DNA of 64,000 nucleotides from Squalus acanthias. Taxonomy: Eukaryota. Both the position numbers and the translations under genes were made by a program. Location: NCBI GenBank assembly GCA_030390025.1, contig CM059431.1:101744001-101808000 (forward strand), read 5' to 3'. The notes beneath the pieces are model-generated. The model saw only the letters and a program-made list of their open reading frames with translations, had not been told where the DNA came from and ran no database searches. This document shows, piece by piece, positions 12,361 to 24,918 of the stretch (the stretch's first letter is position 1; each line of letters begins with the position of its first letter).

Positions 12361-12654
12361 TTTTGAACTCTTTCCTTTAATCTGGTGTTTGCACAGGCCG
12401 TTGCTTGTCGCCTGTTTCACGAATGTATTCTAAGTATCCAGAATGGTCAGTACAGCTGTTTTGTTGTACTTGTCACCTCGCAACTTGTTAGCCAACAGTC
12501 TGGCACAGCAAACCAAAAAAAGTGAATTATTGTGGTTCTCGGCATTACTACTGTGTTTGTGGTGGTTAAAGTGCCATTGTGTGTGAATGAATGAAGTGGC
12601 TTAAAATCGCAGAAGAGGAAATACGAAATATGACCACCAAAACCTCCCGAGTCA

Positions 12655-13058
12655 CAAAGTCCCACTCCAGAGCCTTGATCGCAAAATCTAGGCTGACGCT
12701 CCAGTGCAGTGCTGAGGGAGTGCTGCACTGTCGGAGGTGCCGTCTTTCGAAGGAGACGTTAAACCGAGGCCCCGTCTGCTCTCTCAGGTGGACGTAAAAG
12801 ATCCCGCGGGCACTATCTCGAAGAAGAGCAGGGGGTTTCTCCCCGGTGTCCTGGGGCCAATATTTATCCCTCAACCGACATCACTAAAAAATCAGATGAT
12901 CTGGTCATTATCACATTGCTGTTTGTGGGAGCTTGCTGTGCGCAAATTGGCTGCCGCGTTTCCTACATTACAACAGTGACTACACTTCAAAAGTACTTCA
13001 TTGGCTGTAAAGCACTATGAGGCATCCTGAGGTCATGAAAGGTGCTATATAAATGCAA
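12655..13058 (+). mobile_element. SacSINE1-like SINE, 5' truncated
   Basis: Family match within the window. Confidence 0.85.
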
Positions 13059-13064
13059 ATCACA

Positions 13065-13350
13065 GTTATAATGTAGGAAATGCGGCAGCCAATTTGCACA
13101 CAGCAAGATCCCACAAACAGCAATGAGATGATGTTCAGATAATCTGTTTTTTATTGATGTTGGTTGAGGAATAAACATTGGCCAGGACACCGGGGACAAC
13201 TCCCCTGCTCTTCTTCGAAATAGTGGCCATGGGATCTTTTAAGACCACATGAGAGAGCAGACGGGGCCTCGGTTTAACGTCTCATCCGACAGGCGGCCCC
13301 TCCGACAGTGCAGCACTCCCTCAACACTGCGCTGGGAGTGTACCAGCCTA
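13065..13350 (-). mobile_element. SacSINE1-like SINE, partial, tail-to-tail with the previous copy
   Basis: Family match within the window. Confidence 0.85.
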
Positions 13351-13707
13351 AGTAGACTTGGGGCTTTGTGTGACTGTTGGGACCCTGTCTTGCGTAAGTC
13401 ACAGCAATTGTACTTGGTGTTAAAGGTGTATGATAGTAGCTGTGATAAAACGGGTGCCAAATTTCTCGAGCAGTGAAAAAAAAAATCAGTAAAAAGCAAT
13501 TAATATTGTGCAGTAATTTTCTTCAACTTTTCAGTAATAATTGCTGGATACTGGGTCAGAGTGAAGTTCCCTCTCCTCTGCCCTGTCGTATCAATCAAAT
13601 CAGTCACAGAAGAGTGCATTCTCTTGCACCAACGTGAATTTTTGATTTTTCTATTCAAATATTTTCCTCGTAATTCCTGAGTGAGAACTCCAATTAAATC
13701 ACCCCGT

Positions 13708-14105
13708 ATAACAACAACAACTTGCATTTCTATAGCGCCTTTCATGTAATAAAACGTCCCGCAGCGCTTCACAGGAGCGATTATCAAACAAAGTCTGACA
13801 CCGAGCCATGTAAGGAGATATTCGGGCAGGTGACCAAAAACTTGGTCAAAGAGGTCGGTTTTAAGGAGCGTCTTAAAGGAGGACGGAGAGGCGGTGAGAT
13901 TTGGGGAGGGAATTCCAGAGTTTGGGGCCCAGGCAGCTGAAGGCACGGCCGCCAATGGTGGAGCGATGAAAATCGGGGGATGCGCAAGAGGCCAGAATTG
14001 GAGGAGCGCAGAGATCTCGGAGGGTTGTGGGGCTGGAGGAGGTTACAGAGAGAGGGAGGGAGCGAGGCCACGGAGGGATTTGAAAACAAGGATGAGAGTT
14101 TTAAG
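13708..14105 (-). mobile_element. L2-type LINE 3' fragment
   Basis: Reverse complement of the 17820-18530 family, (aac)n tail. Confidence 0.8.
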
Positions 14106-14175
14106 CTGTGCAATGCAGACAGTAGTTATTAATTTCATGTTCCGAAAGGTCTATGTCATTGTCTGGTTTATCTAG

Positions 14176-14322
14176 CTATTCCGGAACCAGCGATTCCCTG
14201 CCTCTTACCAGCACACAGTGGAGACCCTCGTTAACCTGTTGATGCCGCACATCACACAGAAGTATAAAGACAAGCCGGAAGAGGCTCGGAATGCAAACCA
14301 CAGCCTCGCCGTCTTCATTAAG
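14176..14322 (+). CDS. DOCK9: DOCK9 exon (LFRNQRFPASYQHTVETLVNLLMPHITQKYKDKPEEARNANHSLAVFIK)
   Basis: tctag acceptor, gtagga donor, 147 nt, phase 0/0. Confidence 0.95.
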
Positions 14323-14694
14323 GTAGGAATCGTCACAGCCCGCCCTTCCGTCAGTTTGCATGTTCATGTTTTTGGATATAAAATGTTCAAATGCCTTGAG
14401 GTTCCGAAAAGCAAAGCCAACTTTGCTTCTGATCGTTAGCGGGATCAATTGCTAATGTATCGGATTAATTTTCGATCTGTTTAGCAATTGCAGTGTGAAA
14501 TAGCCAGCTAACATTTTGCTGATTTAAAACTTTGACAAATTATTTTTCACAATGGCGGTCGTGGTGCAAGGATTTTTGGATTTTGCAATTTCTTCCCTGA
14601 TGCATCATTCAGAGTTGGTTACAACCGTCTGGTTTTCCAAGACACCCCCACTGAGATTTGTAGAATAGTGAAATTTACATCGGATATACGGCAC

Positions 14695-15250
14695 AGAGTA
14701 GATGCTGAGAGGATGTTTCCCCTCGTGGGGGAATCTAGAAATAGGGGGCATAATTTCAGAATAAGGGGGCACCCATTTAAATCGGAAATGAGGAGAAATT
14801 TCTTCTATCAGAATGGTCGTGAATCTTTGGAATTCTCTTCCCCAGAGAGCTGTGGAGTCATTGAATATATTTAAGGTGGAGATAGACAGATTTTTGAAAG
14901 GTAAGGGAGTCGAGGGTTATGGGGAGCAGGCAGGGAAGTGGAGTTGAGGCCAAGATCAGATCAGCCATGATCTTATTGAATGGCGGAGCAGGCTCGAGGG
15001 GCCGAATGGCCGACTCCTGCTCCTACATCTTATGTTCTTATGAAATAGGCCATTCGGCCCAACCAGTCCATGCCGGCGTTTATGCTCCACTCGAGACTCC
15101 TCCCGTCTTTCCTCATCTAAATCTATCAGTGTAACCCTCTATTCCCTTCTCCCTCAAATGCCTGTCTAGCCTCCCCTTAAATGCATCTATACTATTCGTT
15201 TCAACCACTCCCTGTGGTAGCGAGTTCCACATTCTCACCACACTCTGGAA
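14695..15250. mobile_element. Two CR1 3' fragments, tail-to-tail (+ then -)
   Basis: Family match to other CR1 tails. Confidence 0.75.
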
Positions 15251-15264
15251 ATACCGCTGTAATG

Positions 15265-15470
15265 CCAACAGACAATGCTGGAAACACTCAGTGGGTCAGG
15301 CTGTGTCTGTGGAGAGAGAGACAGAGTCAACGCTTCCGATTCTGACGAAGGGTCATCGACCTGGAACGTTGACTCTGTTTCTCTCTCCACAGATGCTGTC
15401 TGACTGGCTGAGTGTTTCCAGCAATGTCTGTTTATATTTCAGATTTCCAGCTTCAGATTTTTGCTTCTGT
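15265..15470. mobile_element. Penelope-type fold-back repeat, diverged; hammerhead GAAA mutated to GGAA
   Basis: ctgacgaagggtcatcgacctggaacgtt between inverted arms. Confidence 0.7.
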
Positions 15471-15738
15471 CTCGGTGAAATACCACTCTTGTGGTGAAGG
15501 GTGTGGCTTTAGGCACGACCTCAACTTTCGAGGGATATGTTTAGAAAAATGAGCAGCTAGAGTACATTTCTTTTAACCGCCAGTTCAGGTATTAATATAA
15601 ACTATTAGAGTTTATAAAGAGAGGAGAATAGGGGGGGGAACAAAAGTGCTGAAACTGTGACGACAACTGGATTGTTGTAGCGCGGGATAAAACACAGGCA
15701 GATGTTTTTGTGTCAAGTCTTGTGGCTGTGGTTGATTG

Positions 15739-15892
15739 CAATGTTCCCTTGAATTTTTTTTTGGGTGTGCTTACCCTTTAACAGGCTGCGCGGACCATTC
15801 AAATTCCCGCGCACGCGAGTTTTTTCCTGTTGTAAAGCCGGCAAGCGGCCCGCGCGGGAGCTGCACGGCCGCGCAGATTAAAGGGAGCATTG
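15739..15892. mobile_element. hAT-like MITE, 154 bp
   Basis: TIRs caatgttccct / agggagcattg; degenerate 8-bp TSD gttgattg / gctgactg. Confidence 0.7.
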
Positions 15893-16222
15893 GCTGACTG
15901 CCTCACGAATCTTACTCGCTAACGGTTCTGTCTCTTGATGCCCATTTGCTTGGACCTGGTGCTCGGTCTCCTTTCTCCTTTTTGTACAGTTGGCTCCTTT
16001 TTGTTTGGGTATCTGCAGATTAATAATAAATACGATAAGACCACATGCTCACCAGTAACCAAGTGGGTCGTCACGGCAGTGCGACTGGTTCATGACTGAG
16101 CTGTAACACAGCAACTGTTTCCACATCGGCAGCACCTTTAGCATCATAAAACATCATAGCTGTATAAAAAAAAACTGGATATCAAGTCGTGTTGGGAGAA
16201 AGGGTAGGTTAGTGACTGAAGA

Positions 16223-16750
16223 CATGTTCTCCTTGGAGCAGAGAAGGCTAAGAGGAGATTTGATAGAGGTGCTTAAAATCATGAAGGGTTTAGTTAGAGT
16301 AAATAAAGAGAAACTGTTTCCATTGGCTGAAGGGTCGAGAACCAGAGGACACAGATTTAAGGTGATTGGCAAAAGAACCAGAGGCGACATGAGGAAAAAC
16401 TCTTTTACGCAACGAGTGGTTTGGATTTGAAATGCAGTGCCTGATAGGGTGGTGAACAATGTTGCCTTTAAGATGCACGGCTGCACTGCGCTCCAGGGAA
16501 CCCACGCAGCCGGCTTTTCAATGCAGAAATGGCGCATGTGCGGTCTTTTGAATGGTCCACGCAGCCCTTTAAAGGTGCCGCCCGGCGCCAAGAAAATACA
16601 TGGAACATTGGCGGTGTGCACAGAGTAATAGTAGACTTCAAAGGAGAATTGGATAAATACTTGAAGGAGAAAATAATTGCTTTTCGACAGAGCCGGCGCA
16701 GACTCGATGGGCCAAATGGCCTCCTCCTGTGTTGCACTGTTCTACAATTC
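16223..16750 (+). mobile_element. CR1 3' fragment interrupted by a hAT-like MITE
   Basis: FSLEQRRLRGDLIE...TRGH remnant, which resumes after 16610. Confidence 0.75.
16457..16610. mobile_element. hAT-like MITE, 154 bp, related to 15739-15892
   Basis: Ends caatgttgcc / ggaacattg, same length, opposite orientation. Confidence 0.65.
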
Positions 16751-17819
16751 TAGACCAGCGTTTGGGTTTTACGGACACTTGTGAAGGAGCGGAGAGAGTT
16801 TCAGCAAGGACATTCCAGAGTTTGGGGCCGAGACTGCGGCCAAAGGTCAAGTGTGAAATCCTCTTGGCCGCGTAGCTTGCTGAAGCTCACAGTCCTGCCT
16901 CTCGGACCTTTGGGTCGCCTAGGTCGCTGCCGCCCTTAAGGAAAGGGTTGGAGAAAACTGGGGGATGGGGAATTTGATGCTGAGCACATTGCACTTGAGC
17001 TTTGACCTGCCCCCCCTCGTCTTGCGATCTGAGTTAATTAAACTGTTGGTAGATGCCAGCTCAATTAATAATTGTAAACCTGAGAGCGATAGATTGCTGC
17101 TCGCCAAGGGTATAAGAGGATATGGAGCCAAGGCAGGTGGATGGAGTCAGGTCACAGATCAGCCCATGATCTCATTAAACGGTGGAACAGGCTCGAGGGG
17201 AACTGAATGGCCTCCCCCTCTTCCTGCGTTCCCTGGAATATTAAGGAAGCGGGAAGTTCCAATTCAATGCAAGCAGATATTTTTAGGAGTTGTGGAAAAA
17301 AAATAGAATGTTTGCTCAAAACCCTTCTTGAGTTTTAAAAAAAACAGTAAAAAATCTAGACTTCAGAGCCTCACAAAGTTAGGAAAATGGGAATATTTTT
17401 GGCCTGTTCCTGAGTGGTTTTTCAACTGCTATGCAAGACGAGATGTACTGCGCCAATGAATTGTACATTTTCTCCTATTTCCTGTCCCATGTAAGGATTT
17501 CCATGTCAAAACATAAGAACTAGGGGCAGGAGCAGGCCATTCGGCCCTTCGAGCCTGCTCCGCCATTCAACAAGGTCATGACTGATCCTCTGCCTCAACT
17601 CCACCTTCCCGCCCGATCCCCGTGTTGTTGAGTAGGGAACGAGCTGCGGCATCTGCCAGGCCAGTGCTCTCAATCGTTGGTGGGTGAATGATCAGCAACG
17701 GCTTTCTCTTCAATGATTAGCTAACCGGGAAAGGATCTGAGTGAAGAAGGGGACAGGAGGAGGAGAGATGACACCGCCGGAACTAATGTCTGACCATCTG
17801 GTTGGGAGTGTGCCCACTA

Positions 17820-18530
17820 TCTGAAATGAGCTTCCGACCACTCATCCGCAGCATAACAAAGACCGCCTATTTCCACCTCCGTAACATCGCCCGTCTCCGC
17901 CCTTGCCTCAGCTCATCCGCTGCTGAAACCTTCATCCCTGCCTTTGTTACCTCCAGACTTGACTATTCCAACACACTCCTGGCCGGCCTCCCACATTCCA
18001 CCCTACGTAAACTTGATGTCATCCAAAATTCGGCTGCCCGTGTCCTAACTCGCACCAAGTCCTGTTCGCCCATCTCCCCTGTGCTCGCTGACCTACATTG
18101 GCTCCCGGTTAAGCAGCGCCTCGATTTTAAAATTCTCATCCTTGTTTTCAAACCCCTCCATGACCTTAACCCTCCCCATCCCTGTAATCTCCCCCAGCCC
18201 CACAACCCCCCCGAGATATCTGATCTCCTCTAATTCTGGCCTCTTGAGCATCCCTGATTATAATCGCTCAACCATTGGTGGCCGTGCCTTCTGTTGCCTC
18301 GGCCCTAAGCTCTGGAATTCCCTGCCTAAACCTCTCCGCCTCGCTACCTCTCTTTCCTCCTTTAAGACGCACCTTAAAACCTACCTCTTTGACCAAGCTT
18401 TTGGTCAGCTGCCCTAATTTATCCTTATGTGGCTCGGTGTCAAATTTTTTGTCTTAAAATACTCCTGTGAAGCGCCTTGGGACGTTTTACTATGTTAAAG
18501 GCGCTATACAAATACACGTTGTTGTTGTTG
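17820..18530 (+). mobile_element. L2-type LINE 3' fragment
   Basis: FHLRNIARLR...FVTSRLDY.N.LL.G...QNSAAR...LHWLPV..R.DFK; (ttg)n tail. Confidence 0.9.
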
Positions 18531-18674
18531 CTGTGCTGGATGTGTCACGCTGACGCCATGCATCTTGACGACCCTTGGGAGACGAGTTAAGGGAGGGAGG
18601 GGGGCGTGGGGAAGGGGCAAATCAGTCAGAACACATTTCCAACTGACTATTTTATTTTAATAATTTAATTACAG

Positions 18675-18758
18675 AGATGTTTCTCACTGATGGACAGAGG
18701 ATTTGTTTTCAAACAAATTAACAATTACATAAAGTGGTTCAGTCCCGGCAATCCAAAG
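18675..18758 (+). CDS. DOCK9: DOCK9 exon ([28 protein letters not shown])
   Basis: ttacag acceptor, gtagat donor, 84 nt, phase 0/0. Confidence 0.95.
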
Positions 18759-19130
18759 GTAGATCTCGTTTTATCTGCTATTTTTCTTGGCTCATTTTTA
18801 CAATAAATAGTTCTTGAAATTTCTGCAGTGTTGATTGTGACCTGTGACCTGTGGGGTGGCATTTATAAATGCATGCTGTATGTAATTGTAAAATAATTGT
18901 AATATGGGGATTGTGTTCAGTACCTTGGAAGAGTTTACGCTTCGTAGCTGGAATGACGTACGTATTTTGAAAAATAACTTTCCCTCAGTTTGCATTATTA
19001 TGTAGAAGTTAATTTAGTACAGTTTTATCGCAGCCCGGTAAAAGCATGTCCGTGAAATGCAGAACGCACGGCTTCAGAAAGCAACAAATCTCACTCCTGT
19101 CTCTCCTCCAACTGAAATGTTTTCTTTCAG

Positions 19131-19242
19131 ACACTCTTTGAGCTGAAGTTTGAATTTCTGCGGGTTATATGCAACCACGAGCACTTCATTCCCCTGAACT
19201 TACCCATGCCGTTTGGAAAGGGCAGAGTTCAAAGATACCAAG
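19131..19242 (+). CDS. DOCK9: DOCK9 exon ([37 protein letters not shown])
   Basis: tttcag acceptor, gtaatt donor, 112 nt, phase 0/1; NHEH.IPLNLP motif of DOCK-C/D proteins. Confidence 0.95.
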
Positions 19243-19423
19243 GTAATTTAATACACGTCACTGTGAGAGTTGCTGGTCGGTTACAAGACTGTGTAGAGTT
19301 TTGATTTTTAATTAAATTTTTATTTGACTTTTTTTTAATAAAAAAAAGTGCCTATTGCTAACGATTGCTTCATTCTTTTTGTGGTTTTTCTCCACTTTGT
19401 GTCTGTTTTTTTTTATTAATTAG

Positions 19424-19465
19424 CATTTCTTTCGCCAACTGTGGAGTCGTGTACTGCTCCTGTAG
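19424..19465 (+). CDS. DOCK9: Candidate alternatively spliced 42-nt DOCK9 cassette exon (AFLSPTVESCTAPV)
   Basis: Branch-like tgctaac at 19356-19362, long U tract, tag acceptor, AG|gtaggt donor, phase 1/1, open in frame. Confidence 0.7.
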   Translation, partial: HFFRQLWSRVLLL

Positions 19466-19889
19466 GTAGGTATGGGATATTGTGCTTGCTTATTACAGAG
19501 ACGCTACATTCAGCCAGGAAGCACTTTACACTCTCGAATCTCCCGTGTAAATGGGTTTGGCTTTTGTCAATATCTTGCACAATTTTATTTTACCTGACAC
19601 TGAGATGGTAAAATGTCAAAACTTTTAAGTACCACTTTAATTCTAAATTGCAGTCGTAATCGCTGATCTGTTGGGTGAAACATTAGTTCACAGTTCAACA
19701 AATCTGTATCCGAATTGATGGCGATTTTTTTTTGGTGTGGTCCCAGAATGTTAGCAGTTCCAAGCGGGCATTCGCCCAGCATTCTTTCGTTGAGTGTTTG
19801 CCTTCTCGCAATAGTTCATGTATTCAATTTTTTATTAAAGAAGCGTAGTATAATAATTATTTTTATTCTCAATTTACTTGGGAAATAAG

Positions 19890-20632
19890 AATCTAAATGG
19901 GGTGGGGTAGAGGAGCAAAAGGATCTGGGAGTACAAATACACAAATCACTAAATGTTGCGCCACAGGTTAACAAGGCCATAAAAAAAGCAAACCAAGTCC
20001 AAGGGTTTATTTCTAGAGGGATAGAATTGAAAAGTAGGGAAGTTATGCTAAACTTATATCGAACCCTGGTTAGACCACACTTGGAGTACTGCGTGCAATT
20101 CTGGTCAACATATTATAAAAAGGATATAGAGGCACTGGAGAGGGTGCAGAGAAGATTTACAAGGGTGATACCAGAACTGCGAGGTTATACCTATCAGGAA
20201 AGGATGAACAGGCTGGGGCTCTTTTCTCTTGAAAAGAGAAGGCTGAGGGGTGACCCAATAGAGGTCTTTAAAATTATGAAAGGTTTTGATAGAGTGGATA
20301 CAGAGCGAATGTTTCCACTTGTGGGGAAGAGCAAAACTAGAGGCCATCAATATAAGACAGTCACCAAGAAATCCAATCGGGAATTCAGAAGAAACTTCTT
20401 TACCCAGAGAGTGGTGAGAATGTGGAACTCGCTACCACAGGGAGTGGTTGAGGCGAATAGTATAGATGCATTTAAGGGGAGGCTGGACAAGCATATGAGG
20501 GAGAAGGGAATAGAGGGTTACGCTGATAGATTTAGATGAGGAAAGACGGGAGGAGGCTCGAGTGGAGCATAAACACCGACATGGACTGGTTGGGCCGAAT
20601 GGCTTGTTTCTGTGCCGTATATCCGATGTAAA
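19890..20632 (+). mobile_element. CR1 LINE 3' fragment
   Basis: LY.TLVRPHLEYCVQFWS...LERVQRRFTR open for 170 codons. Confidence 0.9.
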
Positions 20633-21134
20633 AATGGTCACTGTGTATTTTTAATCTGGAACTAGTAATTTTTGAGCTGGAACATTGTGGGAAGGCTAAA
20701 CAATGTTTGATAAAAGGATCTTTATTTGATTTGATAACATGATTCTCCTGGGATTTCAAATGGAAAACTACACCCAACGGTGGGGGGGAGGGGAGGAGGT
20801 GAAAGAGGCTTCCTGGTAGTTGGGTGAATGAACTGATCACTCATTCGATCTCATTGTAGTAAGTACAATTATTTGCGTTTGATGTGTGTTTTGTTTACCC
20901 TGTGTGTATAACCTTTTGAGTACTGAAAACAGTTTCAGCACAATTCCTTCTTAATTTAAAGAATATTGTAAATTGGGAACTGGTTCAGTATATTCCTCCA
21001 ATTATTTTGAGGAGCCGGGAAAGAAACTTCCCTTAAGATCTGAGGTCCAAGCCTTGAGTTTGCTGTGCCTGGGCCTACCTGCTTTCAAGGCCAGTGGCGT
21101 CAATGTTTCAGTCCCTGTGCCACGAGGAGCTTTT

Positions 21135-21565
21135 TAAAAATTGGTTCATGGGATGTGGGCGTCGCTGGCAAGGCCAGCATTTATTGCCCATCCCCTAATT
21201 GCCCTTGAGAAGGTGGTGGTGAGCCGCCGCCTTGAACCGCTGCAGTCTTTATTATTGTGTTTCGTAGTGGTTTGTTACAACTGAGTGGCCATTTCAGAGG
21301 GCAGTTAAGAGTCAACCACATTGTGGGTCTGGAGTCACATATAGGCCAGACCAGGTAAGGACATTAGTGAACCAGATGGGTTTTTATGACAATCTGGTAG
21401 TTTCATGGTCACCATCACTGATACGAGCTTTTTATTCCAGATTTATTTAATTAACTGAATTAAAATTCCCAGCTGCCGTGGTGGGATTTGAACTCACGTC
21501 TCTGGATCATTAGTCCAGGCCTCTGGATTACTAGCCCAGTGACATTACCACTATGCTACCGTTCC
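21135..21565 (-). mobile_element. Second tRNA-derived SINE family (tail shared with the YKAQVR LINE)
   Basis: Head tagcatagtgg...gagttcaaatccc; other copies at 22343-23085 (+) and 33875-34330 (-). Confidence 0.75.
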
Positions 21566-21734
21566 CTTGTCCATTAGTACTCTGCTTTGTCTTCGATCGT
21601 GTGGCAATTCAGCCGAATCCAGTGGGAGAAGTTTTTAAAATGACTCCTCAACTTCGCATTGGTCTTTCCCAGCCATTTGGGAAGCGAACCGTCTCTTCAC
21701 TCGCCCTGGAAGGTTGGCAGCTCTCGACCCACCT

Positions 21735-22065
21735 AGGGTGGCCGACTCTGCGTGGCGGTTTCATCACATGACCTCCAGCCGCCCCGCCCTCGCGCTCCCC
21801 CGCAGTTGGTGGCCCAACGTGTCCATCGTCACGCCGGCCAGCCTTCCTACGGCCAATTGGGAAGCCAATGGACTCTTCATTGCCCAATTGGATTGTCCTT
21901 GACCGTCAGTCAGACAGTCTTACCCCATTCTCCAACATTTTTATGACTATCAAAGAAAAGTTTTAACACCCCTATGGTTTTTCTCCCGGGTGTTTGCTGG
22001 CGGCAGTGTGTCCTGGAGATTAATCTTCAATTCCTGGAGACTCCAGGCCAGCCCTGGCAACTCGA
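21735..22065. mobile_element. Probable hAT-like non-autonomous element
   Basis: Ends tagggtggcc / ggcaactcga; partial second copy at about 39745-39900. Confidence 0.5.
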
Positions 22066-22342
22066 GGTCCACCTCAAACTTTAATCCGAGATTCATATAT
22101 ATTTGGACTCCTGGTCAGTGACCAAGCACACGGACTCCATATCCAAATCTTCACTGCGAGAAAAATTAAAGCCTCTGCACCATCAAAGGACGTTCCTCCC
22201 CCGCCCCCTCCCTCTCAAAGTAGCTGAGTTATTCTCATACACACAGGTTTCCTGAGGAAATCTCGATGTTTTTCGTTCAAGTCAAATCAGTTGATGCATA
22301 CTCAATATGTTGCTTTTATTTTCTGTTCAGGATTTTTTCTGC

Positions 22343-23085
22343 ATAGTGGTTATGTTACGGGACAAGTAATCCAGAGATCTGGAGACGTGAGTTCAGATCC
22401 CACCACGGCAGCTGGGGAATTTAAATTCAGTTCATTAAATAAATCTGGAATAAAAATCTCGTATCATATCTTAGATGCAGAAAAGATGTTTCCCCCTCAC
22501 GGGGGAATCTAATCTAGAACTAGGGGGCATAGTTTCAGGATAAGGGGTCGCCCCATTTAAAATTGAGATGAGGAGGAATTTCTTCTCTCAGAGGGTTGTA
22601 AATCTGTGGAATTCTCTGCCTCAGAGAGCTGTGGAGGCTGGGTCATTGAAGATATTTAAGGTGGAGATAGACAGATTTTTGAACAATAAGGGAATGATGG
22701 GCTATGGGGAGCGGGCAGGGAAATGGAGCTGAGCCCAAGATCAGATCAGCCACGATCTCATTAAATGGCAGAGCAGGCTCGAGGGGGCCAAATGGCCGAC
22801 TCCTGCTCCTATTTCTTATGTTCTTATGTTTTTATCAGTAAAGGTGACCATGAAACTACCAAATTTGTGTAAAAACCCATCTGGTTCACTAATGTCCTCT
22901 AGGGAAGGAAATCTGCCGCCCTTACCCGGTCTGGCCGATATGTGACTCCAGACCCACAGCACCGTGGTTGACTCTTAACTGCCCTCTGAAATGGCCCAGC
23001 GAGCAACTCAAGGGCAATTAGGGATGGGCAATAAATGCTGGTTTTGCCAGCGACGCCCACATCCCGTGAATTAATATTTAAAAAA
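22343..23085 (+). mobile_element. Second-family SINE interrupted by a CR1 3' fragment (about 22470-22830)
   Basis: SINE sequence stops at about 22465 and resumes at about 22833. Confidence 0.75.
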
Positions 23086-23813
23086 ATCTCCAAAGCTGGG
23101 GAAAGCGAGTTGAAGCGGCCTTTAGCGGCAGATATCCAGTGCCCCAGTACCGTAACCAAGTAGAATGTTGCAAAATGCCTGACGACCTCTGCACTTTATA
23201 CTTGAATCCTGAACCAGACAGCCCACTTAAAAAAAAATGATTGAGCAGTACAAAGCTTACACAACGCCATTTTTGCAGAGGTTGAATGGCCGAAGATGTC
23301 CTTACTTTGAAATCTGCCAAGGACATTCAGCACTGAAAGGATTTATACATGATGGTACGGTTGAATCATCATTAAACACGTCAATGTGGGAATGGTATAT
23401 TGAAACAGTGCTGGGATCAGCTGTGTGTTCATCCACACCCTACTGTGCCCTCCGTGCTCATGGCTACGCGGACTGATTTTCCCGCATGGCTGTTTGGCTG
23501 CTTCACATTATTTACAATTCCTTTGTCATGCGATCTAGACATTCCTCCTGAGCTTGTTGTAGTTGTGTGCACTTTTTTGGGGTTCTATTTGACATGGTTA
23601 TGCAGTGCTTATAACTACAGAGTGGTTTGATGTGCCTTAAAAATGTATTGCATTTATTTTTTGAAGAGTGCAAGTCTTTTCTTTCTGCATGTGTTTGAGT
23701 TGCCTGTGGTCTGGCGTTGAGAAGTATAACGGTGTGTGCGTCACTAGATTTAGTACGCACACCAGCTTCATCTCCACAATCACGTGGGAAGCTCGTTCCT
23801 CTGCAAATGTTTC

Positions 23814-24668
23814 TCATAGAATCATCGAATGGTTACAGCACAGAAGGAGGCCATTTGGCCCGTCGAGCCCGTGCCAGGCTCTCTGCAAGAGCACTTCAGC
23901 TAGTCCCACTCTGCCCGCCCTTTCCCCGTAGCCCTGTGAATTTCTTTCCTTCAGGTACTTATCCAATTCCCTTTTGAAAGCCTCAATTGAATCTGCCTCC
24001 ACCACCCTTTCAGGCAGTGCATTCCAGATCATAACCACTCGCTGCGTAAAAAAGGTTTTCCTCATGTCGCCTTTGGTTCTTCTGCCAATCACCTTAAATC
24101 TGTGTCCTCTGATTCTCGACTCTTCTGCCAATGGGAACAGTCTCTCTCTATCTACTCTGTCCAGACCCCTCATGATTTTGAACATCTCTATCAAATCTCC
24201 TCTCAACCTTCTCTGCTCTAAGGAGAACAACCCCATCTTCTCCAGTCTATCCACGTAACTGAAGTCCCTCATCCCTGGAATCATTCTTGTAAATCTTTTC
24301 TGCACCCTCTCTGAGGCCTTCACATCCTTCCTAAAGTGCGCTGCCCAGAATTGGACACAATACTCCAATTAGGGCCGAACCAGTGTTTTATATAAAGGTT
24401 CATCATAACTTCCTTGTTTTTGTACTCTATACCTCTATTTATGAAGCCCAGGATGCTTTTTTAACCACTTTCTCAACCTGCCCTGGCACCTTCAATGATT
24501 TGTGCACAAGTACCCCCTGGTCTCTCTGTTCATGCACCCCCTTTAGAATTGTACCCTTTAGTTTATATTGCCTCTCCTCGTTCTTCCTACCAAAATGCAT
24601 CACTTCGCACTTTTCTGCGTTAAATTTCATCTTACACGTGTCCGCCCATTCCACCAGCCTGTCTGTCC
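23814..24668 (-). mobile_element. CR1 LINE 3' fragment
   Basis: WADT.KMKFNAEKCEVMHFG and EYCVQFW...VQKRFTR remnants. Confidence 0.9.
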
Positions 24669-24918
24669 TCTTCACTGTTCAACCTCGTGGACAAAGAACC
24701 CTTGGAGATGAGAACTAAGATTTATCTTTTTTGTTACGGCAAAAAGACCCCTTTTTTGCTCAATTGACCTCTCTCCCTTCTTGCCATATCCCTCAATCTC
24801 TTTCACCAGAAACTCATCCAGTTTGCTTCTTGAACACATTTGTTCAGTTCACTGGCCTGGCTTTCTGTGGCGTGAAGTTTCTGTCCGATTCTTCCTCCTT
24901 GCTGATCGCTTCCTGATT

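Noticed and set aside
20027..20539. Open CR1 RT-tail ORFs (also 23814-24368, 45414-45896, 56329-56793)
   Set aside because: 5'-truncated retrocopies lacking the RT core; not genes
23540..23630. Possible extra phase-1 exon (tctag|acattcctcctgag) in unique sequence
   Set aside because: Weak pyrimidine tract and no convincing donor before the in-frame stop
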